From positions 124,001 to 188,000 of the forward strand of contig NIVC01001275.1 in the NCBI GenBank assembly GCA_002269645.1: 64,000 nt of DNA. Reading direction: 5' to 3'. Source of the DNA: Macrostomum lignano (taxonomy: Eukaryota). Each line of letters opens with the position of its first letter. The stretch's first letter is position 1. The position numbers and the translations under genes were made by a program. A model generated the notes under the pieces. The model worked only from the letters and a program-made list of their open reading frames with translations, made no database searches and had not been told where the DNA came from. Below are positions 11,505 to 27,720 of the stretch, in pieces.

Positions 11505-14500
11505 GACAAAGCTACACCTTGATTTGTCAGAGCTACACCTTGATTTGTCAGAGCTACACCTTGATTTGTCAGAGCTACACCTTGATTTGTCAGAGCTACA
11601 CCTTGATTTGTCAGAGCTACACCTTGATTTGTCAGAGCTACACCTTGATTTGTCAGAGCTACACCTTGATTTGTCAGAGCTACACCTTGATTTGTCAGAG
11701 CTACACCTTGATTTGTCAGAGCTACACCTTGATTTGTCAAAGCTACACCTTGATTTGTCAAAGCTACACCTTGATTTGTCAGAGCTACACCTTGATTTGT
11801 CAGAGCTACACCTTGATTTGTCAGAGCTACACCTTGATTTGTCAGAGCTACACCTTGATTTGTCAGAGCTACACCTTGATTTGTCAAAGCTACACCTTGA
11901 TTTGTCAGAGCTACACCTTGATTTGTCAGAGCTACACCTTGATTTGTCAGAGCTACACCTTGATTTGTCAGAGCTACACCTTGATTTGTCAAAGCTACAC
12001 CTTGATTTGTCAGAGCTACACCTTGATTTGTCAGAGCTACACCTTGATTTGTCAGAGCTACACCTTGATTTGTCAGAGCTACACCTTGATTTGTCAGAGC
12101 TACACCTTGATTTGTCAGAGCTACACCTTGATTTGTCAGAGCTACACCTTGATTTGTCAGAGCTACACCTTGATTTGTCAGAGCTACACCTTGATTTGTC
12201 AGAGCTACACCTTGATTTGTCAGAGCTACACCTTGATTTGTCAGAGCTACACCTTGATTTGTCAGAGCTACACCTTGATTTGTCAAAGCTACACCTTGAT
12301 TTGTCAGAGCTACACCTTGATTTGTCAGAGCTACACCTTGATTTGTCAGAGCTACACCTTGATTTGTCAGAGCTACACCTTGATTTGTCAGAGCTACACC
12401 TTGATTTGTCAGAGCTACACCTTGATTTGTCAGAGCTACACCTTGATTTGTCAAAGCTACACCTTGATTTGTCAGAGCTACACCTTGATTTGTCAGAGCT
12501 ACACCTTGATTTGTCAGAGCTACACCTTGATTTGTCAGAGCTACACCTTGATTTGTCAGAGCTACACCTTGATTTGTCAGAGCTACACCTTGATTTGTCA
12601 GAGCTACACCTTGATTTGTCAGAGCTACACCTTGATTTGTCAGAGCTACACCTTGATTTGTCAGAGCTACACCTTGATTTGTCAGAGCTACACCTTGATT
12701 TGTCAGAGCTACACCTTGATTTGTCAAAGCTACACCTTGATTTGTCAGAGCTACACCTTGATTTGTCAGAGCTACACCTTGATTTGTCAGAGCTACACCT
12801 TGATTTGTCAGAGCTACACCTTGATTTGTCAGAGCTACACCTTGATTTGTCAGAGCTACACCTTGATTTGTCAGAGCTACACCTTGATTTGTCAGAGCTA
12901 CACCTTGATTTGTCAGAGCTACACCTTGATTTGTCAGAGCTACACCTTGATTTGTCAGAGCTACACCTTGATTTGTCAGAGCTACACCTTGATTTGTCAA
13001 AGCTACACCTTGATTTGTCAGAGCTACACCTTGATTTGTCAGAGCTACACCTTGATTTGTCAGAGCTACACCTTGATTTGTCAGAGCTACACCTTGATTT
13101 GTCAAAGCTACACCTTGATTTGTCAGAGCTACACCTTGATTTGTCAGAGCTACACCTTGATTTGTCAGAGCTACACCTTGATTTGTCAGAGCTACACCTT
13201 GATTTGTCAAAGCTACACCTTGATTTGTCAGAGCTACACCTTGATTTGTCAGAGCTACACCTTGATTTGTCAGAGCTACACCTTGATTTGTCAGAGCTAC
13301 ACCTTGATTTGTCAGAGCTACACCTTGATTTGTCAGAGCTACACCTTGATTTGTCAGAGCTACACCTTGATTTGTCAGAGCTACACCTTGATTTGTCAGA
13401 GCTACACCTTGATTTGTCAGAGCTACACCTTGATTTGTCAGAGCTACACCTTGATTTGTCAAAGCTACACCTTGATTTGTCAGAGCTACACCTTGATTTG
13501 TCAGAGCTACACCTTGATTTGTCAGAGCTACACCTTGATTTGTCAGAGCTACACCTTGATTTGTCAGAGCTACACCTTGATTTGTCAGAGCTACACCTTG
13601 ATTTGTCAGAGCTACACCTTGATTTGTCAGAGCTACACCTTGATTTGTCAGAGCTACACCTTGATTTGTCAGAGCTACACCTTGATTTGTCAGAGCTACA
13701 CCTTGATTTGTCAGAGCTACACCTTGATTTGTCAGAGCTACACCTTGATTTGTCAGAGCTACACCTTGATTTGTCAGAGCTACACCTTGATTTGTCAAAG
13801 CTACACCTTGATTTGTCAGAGCTACACCTTGATTTGTCAGAGCTACACCTTGATTTGTCAGAGCTACACCTTGATTTGTCAGAGCTACACCTTGATTTGT
13901 CAGAGCTACACCTTGATTTGTCAGAGCTACACCTTGATTTGTCAGAGCTACACCTTGATTTGTCAGAGCTACACCTTGATTTGTCAGAGCTACACCTTGA
14001 TTTGTCAGAGCTACACCTTGATTTGTCAGAGCTACACCTTGATTTGTCAAAGCTACACCTTGATTTGTCAGAGCTACACCTTGATTTGTCAGAGCTACAC
14101 CTTGATTTGTCAGAGCTACACCTTGATTTGTCAGAGCTACACCTTGATTTGTCAAAGCTACACCTTGATTTGTCAGAGCTACACCTTGATTTGTCAGAGC
14201 TACACCTTGATTTGTCAGAGCTACACCTTGATTTGTCAGAGCTACACCTTGATTTGTCAGAGCTACACCTTGATTTGTCAAAGCTACACCTTGATTTGTC
14301 AGAGCTACACCTTGATTTGTCAGAGCTACACCTTGATTTGTCAGAGCTACACCTTGATTTGTCAGAGCTACACCTTGATTTGTCAGAGCTACACCTTGAT
14401 TTGTCAGAGCTACACCTTGATTTGTCAGAGCTACACCTTGATTTGTCAGAGCTACACCTTGATTTGTCAGAGCTACACCTTGATTTGTCAGAGCTACACC

Positions 14501-15122
14501 TTGATTTGTCAGAGCTACACCTTGATTTGTCAAAGCTACACCTTGATTTGTCAGAGCTACACCTTGATTTGTCAGAGCTACACCTTGATTTGTCAGAGCT
14601 ACACCTTGATTTGTCAGAGCTACACCTTGATTTGTCAGAGCTACACCTTGATTTGTCAAAGCTACACCTTGATTTGTCAGAGCTACACCTTGATTTGTCA
14701 GAGCTACACCTTGATTTGTCAGAGCTACACCTTGATTTGTCCGAGCTACACCTTGATTTGTCAAAGCTACACCTTGATTTGTCAGAGCTACACCTTGATT
14801 TGTCAGAGCTACACCTTGATTTGTCAGAGCTACACCTTGATTTGTCAGAGCTACACCTTGATTTGTCAAAGCTACACCTTGATTTGTCAGAGCTACACCT
14901 TGATTTGTCAGAGCTACACCTTGATTTGTCAAAGCTACACCTTGATTTGTCAGAGCTACACCTTGATTTGTCAGAGCTACACCTTGATTTGTCAGAGCTA
15001 CACCTTGATTTGTCAGAGCTACACCTTGATTTGTCAGAGCTACACCTTGATTTGTCAGAGCTACACCTTGATTTGTCAGAGCTACACCTTGATTCGTCAG
15101 AGCTACACCTTGATTTGTCAAA
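11505..15122. repeat. Highly homogeneous 21-bp tandem array (gagctacaccttgatttgtca), about 172 copies, in SERCA intron 7
   Basis: Direct reading; nearly the only variant is G>A at the first unit position. Confidence 0.98.
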
Positions 15123-15177
15123 GAGCGGCAAAGGTCATCAAAGCCATAACGCTAGTGACTAAATGGATCCTATACTA

Positions 15178-15594
<417 letters not shown>

Positions 15595-15629
15595 TTAACC
15601 TATATTTATAAGCTTTCATGCAAGCTGTG

Positions 15630-15930
15630 GCCAGTCTCAATCTATAGACCCAGTCATTTTTTTATCTAGAAAGGTCTATAGAGAGCCAGAGTCAATTCTA
15701 ATTCATAGATCTATAGGCACCACAATTTCCGAATCATAGATCAATATATCAGAAAATTCCAATCCATAGATCTATAGACACAACAAATTACAATCTGTAG
15801 ATCTAAGACACAGCAAAGGCCCTAGATCTAGACACAGTGCTATACATAGATCTATAGACACCGCAAACTCCTATCAATAGATCTATAGACACCACTTATT
15901 CAAAGCTATAGTTCTATAGACACTAAATTC
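15630..15930. repeat. Degenerate repeat of catagatctatagaca motif in SERCA intron 6
   Basis: About 8 spaced copies of (a)tagatctatag(a). Confidence 0.6.
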
Positions 15931-16601
15931 CAATTTATAGATTTTTCAAATTGAACAATCATGAAAACAATTTTAATCACAATTCAACTCTCTATGGAAA
16001 AACATGCCCCATAACGACTGCAACGCACTACAGACTGTCAGTAGTATAGGGCTTGTTGGAAATTCACAGTTGACCCAGAACTGCACAGCCAAGAGGGCAC
16101 ACAAGATCAGCTATCGCGGAAAAGCGCAGAGGCTCATGGAATTTCACTAGTGTATGGTTTCTTTCGCCAAGACAGCTGGCAGCAGCAGCAAGGCCAAGAT
16201 ATCAATTGGCAAGCTAGATAAGCTACATAACAGAGGCACCAAAAGCAGTTTGGTAGCATGGAACTTTAGTGCAAATCTCCTTAGAGAAATGCAAGGTTAA
16301 AAGCATTAAATATTCTTTTGGAATTTTCTAGTCGTTAAGCGCTTTTTAAGCTGTTTTCGGAGCATGGACTTTTAACTATGACATGGGCTCGAAGCTCTTG
16401 CTAATGCATGGGGCTTCCAATTCGAGTGCTATTTTTAGAAGTCCATGTTTCAAAGATTTAATAAACCTTCTTTGCACAGCTTTTTGGCCCGCTGTGGGTT
16501 AGCGCAAGCGCTGCAAGTTAAGCAGCGTTGGCCGCGGTTAGTACGCAACTGATTAAGCTGGTAGTTCTACATCTACAGTTCTACAAGATGTTCTAAATCT
16601 A

Positions 16602-17108
<507 letters not shown>

Positions 17109-17254
17109 CTACTCATAGTAGCATAATTTTATAATGTAGGCACCCTGCCGTAACGCCTTCGACGATATCGTCCCACACAACTTTCTAATCGGCAGGCATG
17201 AAGCTTGTACACTCTGCGAATTGGGGGATTGCACTTATCGAACGACAAGCCTCA

Positions 17255-17770
<516 letters not shown>

Positions 17771-17944
17771 TTAGTAGAATGGATTGCTAATAACATCGGT
17801 TTGGTCCCTCTGTAGTTCTGCTTGTTCGGGGTTCAGACCGAATAGCTATATAATTATTATTGAATTGACTCTGAATAGTAGACTGAAAAGAGACGGGGAG
17901 GAGAGTGAAGAGACGCCTGCAAGTCTTTGTGCCTATCACTCAAC

Positions 17945-18045
17945 TTATCTGTCTATCTATATCTATGTATCTACATATCTCTCTATGTATCTACATATGT
18001 ATCTATCTATCTGTCTATCCATCTCTATCTATCTGTCTATCCATC

Positions 18046-18104
<59 letters not shown>

Positions 18105-18157
18105 GTCTATCTATCTATCTATCTATCTATCTGTCTATCTATCTATCTATCTATCTG

Positions 18158-18193
<36 letters not shown>

Positions 18194-18207
18194 CCTATCT
18201 ATCTATC

Positions 18208-18286
<79 letters not shown>

Positions 18287-18287
18287 C
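17945..18287. repeat. (TCTA)n microsatellite in SERCA intron 4
   Basis: Direct reading. Confidence 0.95.
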
Positions 18288-19039
18288 TTAATGCAGACGC
18301 AATTTTTTTCAAAGACTCCAAGTTTCGATTTAGACGCTAGTTGGCCTTCCTTTGCCTGTCCTTGATGTACTCGTATAAGAAGACACGCATAAGAAGAATC
18401 GATAGCAAAGTCTGCCTTAGTAACAATCCTTATTAATAAAACCAAGCAGATATTAAAAAGTTGCTAGGAGAATATAGAATTGCGTATAATAGTTTTTGGC
18501 ATTCTATCAGATGTCAGGCATTGACCCAACTAGAAATTCGCATTTTCCCCTAACCCTGCGCCTGCACACGGATACACACAGACGGTAGTTCTTTCTATAA
18601 GTAAGAAGCAAAATAAGTATTTAGCCAGGATCCAGTTGCTGAAACTAATGCTGAGAGACGGATGAAAAGACAGAGAAGATAGATCAGCACCAGCTGCAAG
18701 GCAAAGGAGTCTGGGGGTAAAGTCACTCCACAGGTCTCGCTGTAGTTGCTATACGATCGCTAAGGTAAAAGGTTTAACAGTTGCAAAGTACACAATGCAC
18801 ACTTTGCCCAAATACAGTTGCTAAAATTTTAAAGCGAGCCTACAATACGGACCAACGCAAAGTACACCATGTAGCTTGGTAAGCAGGGACTTCAGGCGCT
18901 GCCGCAGCCATGCTCATTCCGCTGAACCCTGAGCAGGCACACAGAGTTCCTGAGCAGGAACTCATTGTCAAAAGTGTAAACCGGGGTCAGCAAATTTTTT
19001 TTAAGTCAAGGGTCAGATATAGATTTAGCGCATGACTGC

Positions 19040-19500
19040 GGGCTAAAAAGAGAAAGGAGAGAGGAGATGAGAGAGAATAGAGGGGGATTGGAGAGAGAGA
19101 AGACTGGAGAGGAGAGGGTAGAGAGGACAGGAGAGAGGAAAAAGGGGATAGAAGAGGGGAGGGACAGGGAGGAGGGGAGAGAGGAGATAGGGGAGGAAGG
19201 AGGGGAGAGAGGAGAGAGGGGAGGAAGGAGGGGAGAGAGGAGAGAGGGGAGGAAGGAGGGGAGAGAGGAGAGAGGGGAGGAAGGAGGGGAGAGAGGAGAG
19301 AGGGGAGGAAGGAGGGGAGAGAGGGGCGGAGAGTGGAGAGAGGGATGAATGAGGGGAGAGAGGAGGGGAGAGAGGGGATAGTGCAGAGAGGGGAGGAAGG
19401 AGGAGAGAGGAGGGGAAGGAGGGAGGAGAGGAGGGGAGAGTAAATAGGGGAGAAGAGAGGAGAAAAGAAGAAAAAGGAAAGAAAAGAGCTGAGAAGAGAC
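19040..19500. repeat. Purine-rich (GGA/GAG) low-complexity tract in SERCA intron 4
   Basis: Direct reading. Confidence 0.9.
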
Positions 19501-19614
19501 ACAAGCCAGACCGGATTGCTATTGTGAAGTTTCAAAGGGCCCGCGGGCTGGAGTTAACCCGACCCCTGGTATAAACCATCTGGCTACTCTACCCCATAAT
19601 TTCACTGAAAATCA

Positions 19615-21861
<2,247 letters not shown>

Positions 21862-21864
21862 CTA

Positions 21865-22530
21865 TGAGTCTGTGGACTGGGATGAGGGTGTATGGAGGCT
21901 GAGGACTGGGATGAGGGTGTATGGAGGCTGAGGACTGGGATGAGGGTGTATGGAGGCTGAGGACTGGGATGAGGGTGTATGGAGTCTGAGAACTGGGATG
22001 AGGGTGAATGGAGGCTGAACTATGAGGAGTCGGAGAACTGGGATGAGGGTGAATGGAGGCTGAACTATGAGGAGTCTGAGAACTGGGATGAGGGTGAATG
22101 GAGGCTGAACTATGAGGAGTCTGAGAACTGGGATGAGGGTGAATGGAGGCTGAACTATGAGGAGTCGGAGAACTGGGATGAGGGTGAATGGAGGCTGAAC
22201 TATGAGGAGTCTGAGAACTGGGATGAGGGTGAATGGAGGCTGAACTATGAGGAGTCGGAGAACTGGGATGAGGGTGAATAGAGGCTGAACATGAGGAGTC
22301 TGAGAACTGGGATGAGGGTGAATGGAGGCTGAACTATGAGGAGTCTGAGAACTGGGATGAGGGTGAATGGAGGCTGAACTATGAGGAGTCTGAGAACTGG
22401 GATGAGGGTGAATGGAGGCTGAACTATGAGGAGTCGGAGAACTGGGATGAGGGTGAATGGAGGCTGAACTATGAGGAGTCGGAGAACTGGGATGAGGGTG
22501 AATGGAGGCTGAACATGAGGAGTCTGAGGA
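21865..22530. repeat. Compound minisatellite (29-bp unit followed by a related 45-bp unit) in SERCA intron 2
   Basis: gaggactgggatgagggtgtatggaggct x3-4, then gagaactgggatgagggtgaatggaggctgaactatgaggagtct x12. Confidence 0.93.
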
Positions 22531-22589
22531 CGAAATGCAGCCGAGCTACAATAACAAAAATGACCAAAATAAAGACAAATTAAAGCTTA

Positions 22590-22715
<126 letters not shown>

Positions 22716-22769
22716 TTATAAGTTACACTGTGCAGATAAATTACAATATGATTATGATATAAAACTTAC

Positions 22770-22887
22770 CATTTGGTCCATACTTTTCAATAGCACGTTT
22801 GATCTGATCATCAGTGAGGCCCTCTTCCTCATTTACATTAAAGTACTGCAGGCACTCTTTGGGAGACTTGCAAAACGCGTATTCCAT
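22770..22887 (-). CDS. SERCA: SERCA exon 1 (start codon)
   Basis: [39 protein letters not shown](E)|gtaagt; 118 nt. The ten exons sum to 3063 nt (1020 aa plus stop) with all phases consistent. Confidence 0.93.
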
Positions 22888-25104
22888 GATGGCTATTGAT
22901 TGTTTTCACCAATTTTGATTGTGTTGATTAGCTGCAATTTTTTTAAAAGGCCATTCCATATAGTATATTTATATTCATATTAGGATAGAAACATGATAAA
23001 TAATAATATTGTAAAGTTATCAACAAAAATATAAATAATATAATTTACAATTAATTTACAAGTTTGCAACCTTTAAAAGACCTAAAAGATTATTACCAAA
23101 AACATAGACATGGTGCCACCTACCCAATTTCATCCTAGCTGGTTTGAAGGTTGGGCTATAATATATTGATTCCTGGGAAAACATTTCTCCATTTCTTCTC
23201 CTGTCCCTGCTGTTTGGTTGGGACCAACTGTGAGCCACAATAAATTATAAAGCCTAGTCTCTTTACATTGAAGACCACTGTTGGTTGCAACAGAAGGGTA
23301 GCAGGAATCCAAAGTGGTTGGTATGAGAGGCCTTTAAAAACCACCAAAAATGACTTGTTTCAACTAACACTGCAATGTTGGTGATCATAGACTATATCAC
23401 TATACTATACTATAGTAATACCATTATTAATACCATTAACAATAATCAAGAAGGCCTATATAGTTTTTTCTTTATTTATTGCTTATTTAAGCATTTGAAA
23501 TATTTTATTAAATAATACATTTCCTTAAGACTTTAAGTCCCCAGCCTCCTGTATTCAATCTATTGTAACCTAATCTAGTCTATTAGTGCACATACTATAT
23601 GGTTTCCATGCTTTTTAGTACCTATGCTTTTAAGTGCCTTGCATTTTGGTATCCTAGATTGCTTTTTGGTGCCTTAGTTTATGACCAGGGTCTAGATCAT
23701 ATAGTAGTATACACTGAAACAAGAATTCTATCTTAGCTAAATATATGCCAATGTATACCAAAAACAAAAATTTCCCTACAAATGTATGCCAAAAGTTTCT
23801 CCTAAAAAGTCATCTGGTTTTCATGAGCTGAGCTTTCTAAAAAAGGTTTTTGTACAAAAAGTCTTTTTAAAATATTATGAATCTTTCAGTTTAAACAAAT
23901 TTAAATTTTACCTAAAATAATAATGCAAAATTTATGTTTTTAGCAATAATTTTTACTAATTGTATTTATTGTAAATTTTAAAGAAACAAAAAGTTTATCA
24001 CTGACTTTTTATAGAATATATGAAATTTCTTCTGTTTTACATTAAAGTGTTAATTTACAATATAATTTTCATGCACAGCACGATTTTTTCACCAAAATTT
24101 ATATGCCAAAAAATTGTATGAATTTTTTGTATACCAAAATTTGTATGCCAACTTTAAAAGGGGTTGTTTGTATGCCAGAATTTTTTGGACACTGGAATTC
24201 CAGAATATGCTGGAATTTTCTGGCATATATATAACTTTTCAAAGTCTAGGTTTATGATGCCTAAATAATAAAGTAATCTTATAACAAGATAATAAATGTT
24301 TTCTAAAACTTCTTAGTTAGGTAACAATGATATCTAACAATGATTTTATATATAGTTTTTATCAAAACTATGAAATGTGACAAATATCTTAGTACCAATT
24401 TGATTTTTTGAGTAACATGCAATCATGTTTTGGTTTCTCAATAGATTTAAATAGTAGAGTCAACTTAACAAAGTGAATAATACTTTAGTTATTTAAAGTA
24501 AGAATGTACTGCAATTGAAAAAATTATTTTTGTTTCTAATTCAAATTTATAATTTAAGCATTGAAAAGCAAACTGGGGCACCAAAGTGCTAGGCACCAAA
24601 AAGCACAAGCACCAAAGTGTGGATACCCTATAGATTTGATCTAATCCTCCTATATATAAAGCAAATGAATCTTACTTGCATAGCATAGCATATACTTAGG
24701 ACTAGGCCTATAGCATAGAAATAGTATATAAATACTATAAAATATAGATATGGCCTAGCAAAATCGTGAATAGGCCTATATTTTTTCAAAAAATGATAGG
24801 CTACTCCACCTTGTGACTATGGTATTGCTTAGGGCCTAGTGTAGTAATCACTGATTGAATACAATTTCATAAAGGTTAAATTAAAATTGTTGTTATTTGC
24901 TTGGCTTGTCATCTAATACTAAAACTTACGTGTTGTTTGTATGTATGTGTATGTAACGTAACTTTTCCTAGGCTATTTGGAACTCAGCGTTGAAACTTAT
25001 ATAGGAAAACTGCAAACTTATGATAAAAATTTGATGAATTGTAGCTTGACAGAGATGATATTGATAGATTGTTGTTGAAAGAAGAGAATTTTGATGGAAT
25101 TTAG

Positions 25105-25495
25105 TTTCATGAAAAGAATTAAATGAAGGTGAGGGTGAGAACATATATGAGATATGAAAATTGATAGCAGAGAAGAGAGAGATAAAAAGAAGAGAGAAAG
25201 AGAAAGTAGAGAAGAGACAATAAAAGGGTAGAAATTAGATATGAGAAGAAAGGAAAGAGAAGACAGGAGAGGGTAGACATGAAGGATGAGGGAGAAGAGA
25301 TAAATAAGGGAGTAGAAAGAGGATAGGAGGGAGAGGAGAGATAGGTGAGAGGAGAAGGAATAGAGGAAAGAGAAATGAGACAAGGGAAAAAAGAGAAAAA
25401 GAGAGATAAAAGATCAGAAATGAGAAAGATGGAAGTGTAGAGAAGAGGAGAAAGAATTAGTGAGGAGAAAGAAGAGGGTAAAAATGAGAGCAAAA
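25105..25495. repeat. AG-rich low-complexity tract
   Basis: Direct reading. Confidence 0.85.
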
Positions 25496-26869
25496 GTTGC
25501 AGACATAAGACTAAAAGCTAGATAAGAGATGAAAAATACAACAGTAGAAACCATAGTCTGGATCATGCTAGGTGCACGCCTGAACAAAAATTGAATAATT
25601 ACAAATGCATGCCATTTGTCAAAACTATGCCAGTGTTACGACAATAAATGACCTTTTTTACATTTTGACAATAAATGATCTTCTTTTAATTGCATGATAG
25701 ACCCCTACTAACAGATAATTTAGTTGAAAGTTTGAAATTTATGCTTAAAATTTAACTTCTGGAAATGAGAGTTCTTTCCCTATCTCCTCCAAAGGAGGAG
25801 TTCCACTCATTATTAATATTGATTATATAGTTCTAGTATGCAATATCTCTAACTATAAAAATCAAAACTCTGTATGTCTGTCTGTCTATAGACAATTTTG
25901 ATCACTATGGATTCCCAAACCACTCAACCAAATTACACCAAATTTTCCAACTACCCTAAACTCACTACAGAAAATGTCTTAGGCTACCTTAAAATTTCCT
26001 AAACTCAAGTCTTCCTACCTAAAAGTTGAAAAAACTGAACAAAATGCAAATTTTTTCACTAAATCCTCTATAGTGCCCTACCAGTTTTAAAAATACTCTT
26101 CAAATTTGACACAAACAATCTTCAACTATTTTGACACAATTGTATAAAACTTTAATTTCAAAATTAATCCTGAATGGCACTGTGCACTTTTTTCAGCGAG
26201 ACAGCCACCCCAACCTCTGCCTGCCTGCCTCTCTTTCTTGATCTGGGCCTAGACATGTAAAAGGGGTTGTAAAATTGACTAACTTTTGACTGCCATAAGT
26301 TTGCTCCATGTAAAGCGATTGACTTCAAACTTGATACAATTTCTTATTGACTCATTCTCTATAATTTTTAAACTCTCTAACTCAACTAGAACAGAAACTG
26401 TAAGCATGTGAAGTTTGTCTGCTATTTTTGTTGTTTGTGTCACTCACTCACTCATTCCTCCAGAGCTAGACCAAGGCTCAGGCGATAGGACTGAATGTAC
26501 ATAGCAAATGTATAGTGTTTTGGAATAACTTTATTTATAGCCTTCTCTGCACCCCCGTGTAGAGGCTACGTTTAGCCATGAATGTTAAGTGAGAAATTCT
26601 AACCACTGCCCTCTGTATTGGCAAACTCTGTAGCAGTTTAACAGTGGATGGCAATTGGCAAATCAAGGCAATCCAGCATGGTTTGCATTTGTAAAAGTGA
26701 AAGATTTATGAAAAGGCGATGGAATGCAACACAACCCTACTAAATTATTCACACCATAGAAATTTAAAGTTTCTTTTAGAAGTACTTTAAATTTTAAATG
26801 GCCTAAGAAATGCATATTTCCTTGGTTGTTAGACTGATGCAGACTGAAGTGGAACTAAAAAGATAGAAG

Positions 26870-26898
26870 ATAAAAGGAGAGATGAAGGGGTGAGAATG

Positions 26899-26981
<83 letters not shown>

Positions 26982-27720
26982 AGAGAGAGAGAGAGGGGAG
27001 AAAAGGGGAGAGAAGAGAATAGAGATGAGAGAACAGAGCTACAGATGAGAGTAGAGAGGAGACAGCAAAGAGGAGAGCAGAGAGGACAGAGAAAAGAGGT
27101 GAAAGGAAAGATGGAGTAAAGGGAAGAGAGAAAAGATAAAGTTACATCTTTAAGATTGTAGAAATGAGAGGTATAAGGAGAGATGGGATATGAGAAGAGA
27201 GGTGAGGGAAGAGAGGAGAGAAGAAGGAAGAGAAGAGATGAGAGGAGAGAGAGAGAAGGGGGAAAGAGTACAGAGGAGAGATGATAGAATAGAGGAGAGA
27301 GTTAAGAGAAGAGAGAAAAGAATAGAGAGGAGAAAGAAGAGACGAGAGAAGAAGGAAAGAAAGAAGAAAGGAGAGGAGAGAAAATGAAAAAGTAGAGAGG
27401 AGAGAGAAAAGAAGAGAGAAGAGATGAGATAAGAGATATGAAAGAGAAAAGAGATAAAGGAAGATACGAGAGAAGGTGGGAGAGAGGAGAGAGGAGAAGA
27501 GAGAGAAAACAAAAGAGTAGAGAGGAGAGAGGAGATGAGAGAAAACAAAAAATTAGAGAAGAGAGAGAAGAGGAAAGAGAAAAGAAGAGACAAGAGATGA
27601 GATAAGAGAAATGAAAGAGAAGAGAGATGAGGGAATATACGAGAGAAGAGGGGAGAGAGGAGAGAAGAGAGATAAGAGATGAAGGACAAGAGAGAAGAGA
27701 CAAAACAGAAGAGACGATAG
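26870..27720. repeat. (AG)n microsatellite and AG-rich low-complexity tracts
   Basis: Direct reading. Confidence 0.88.
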
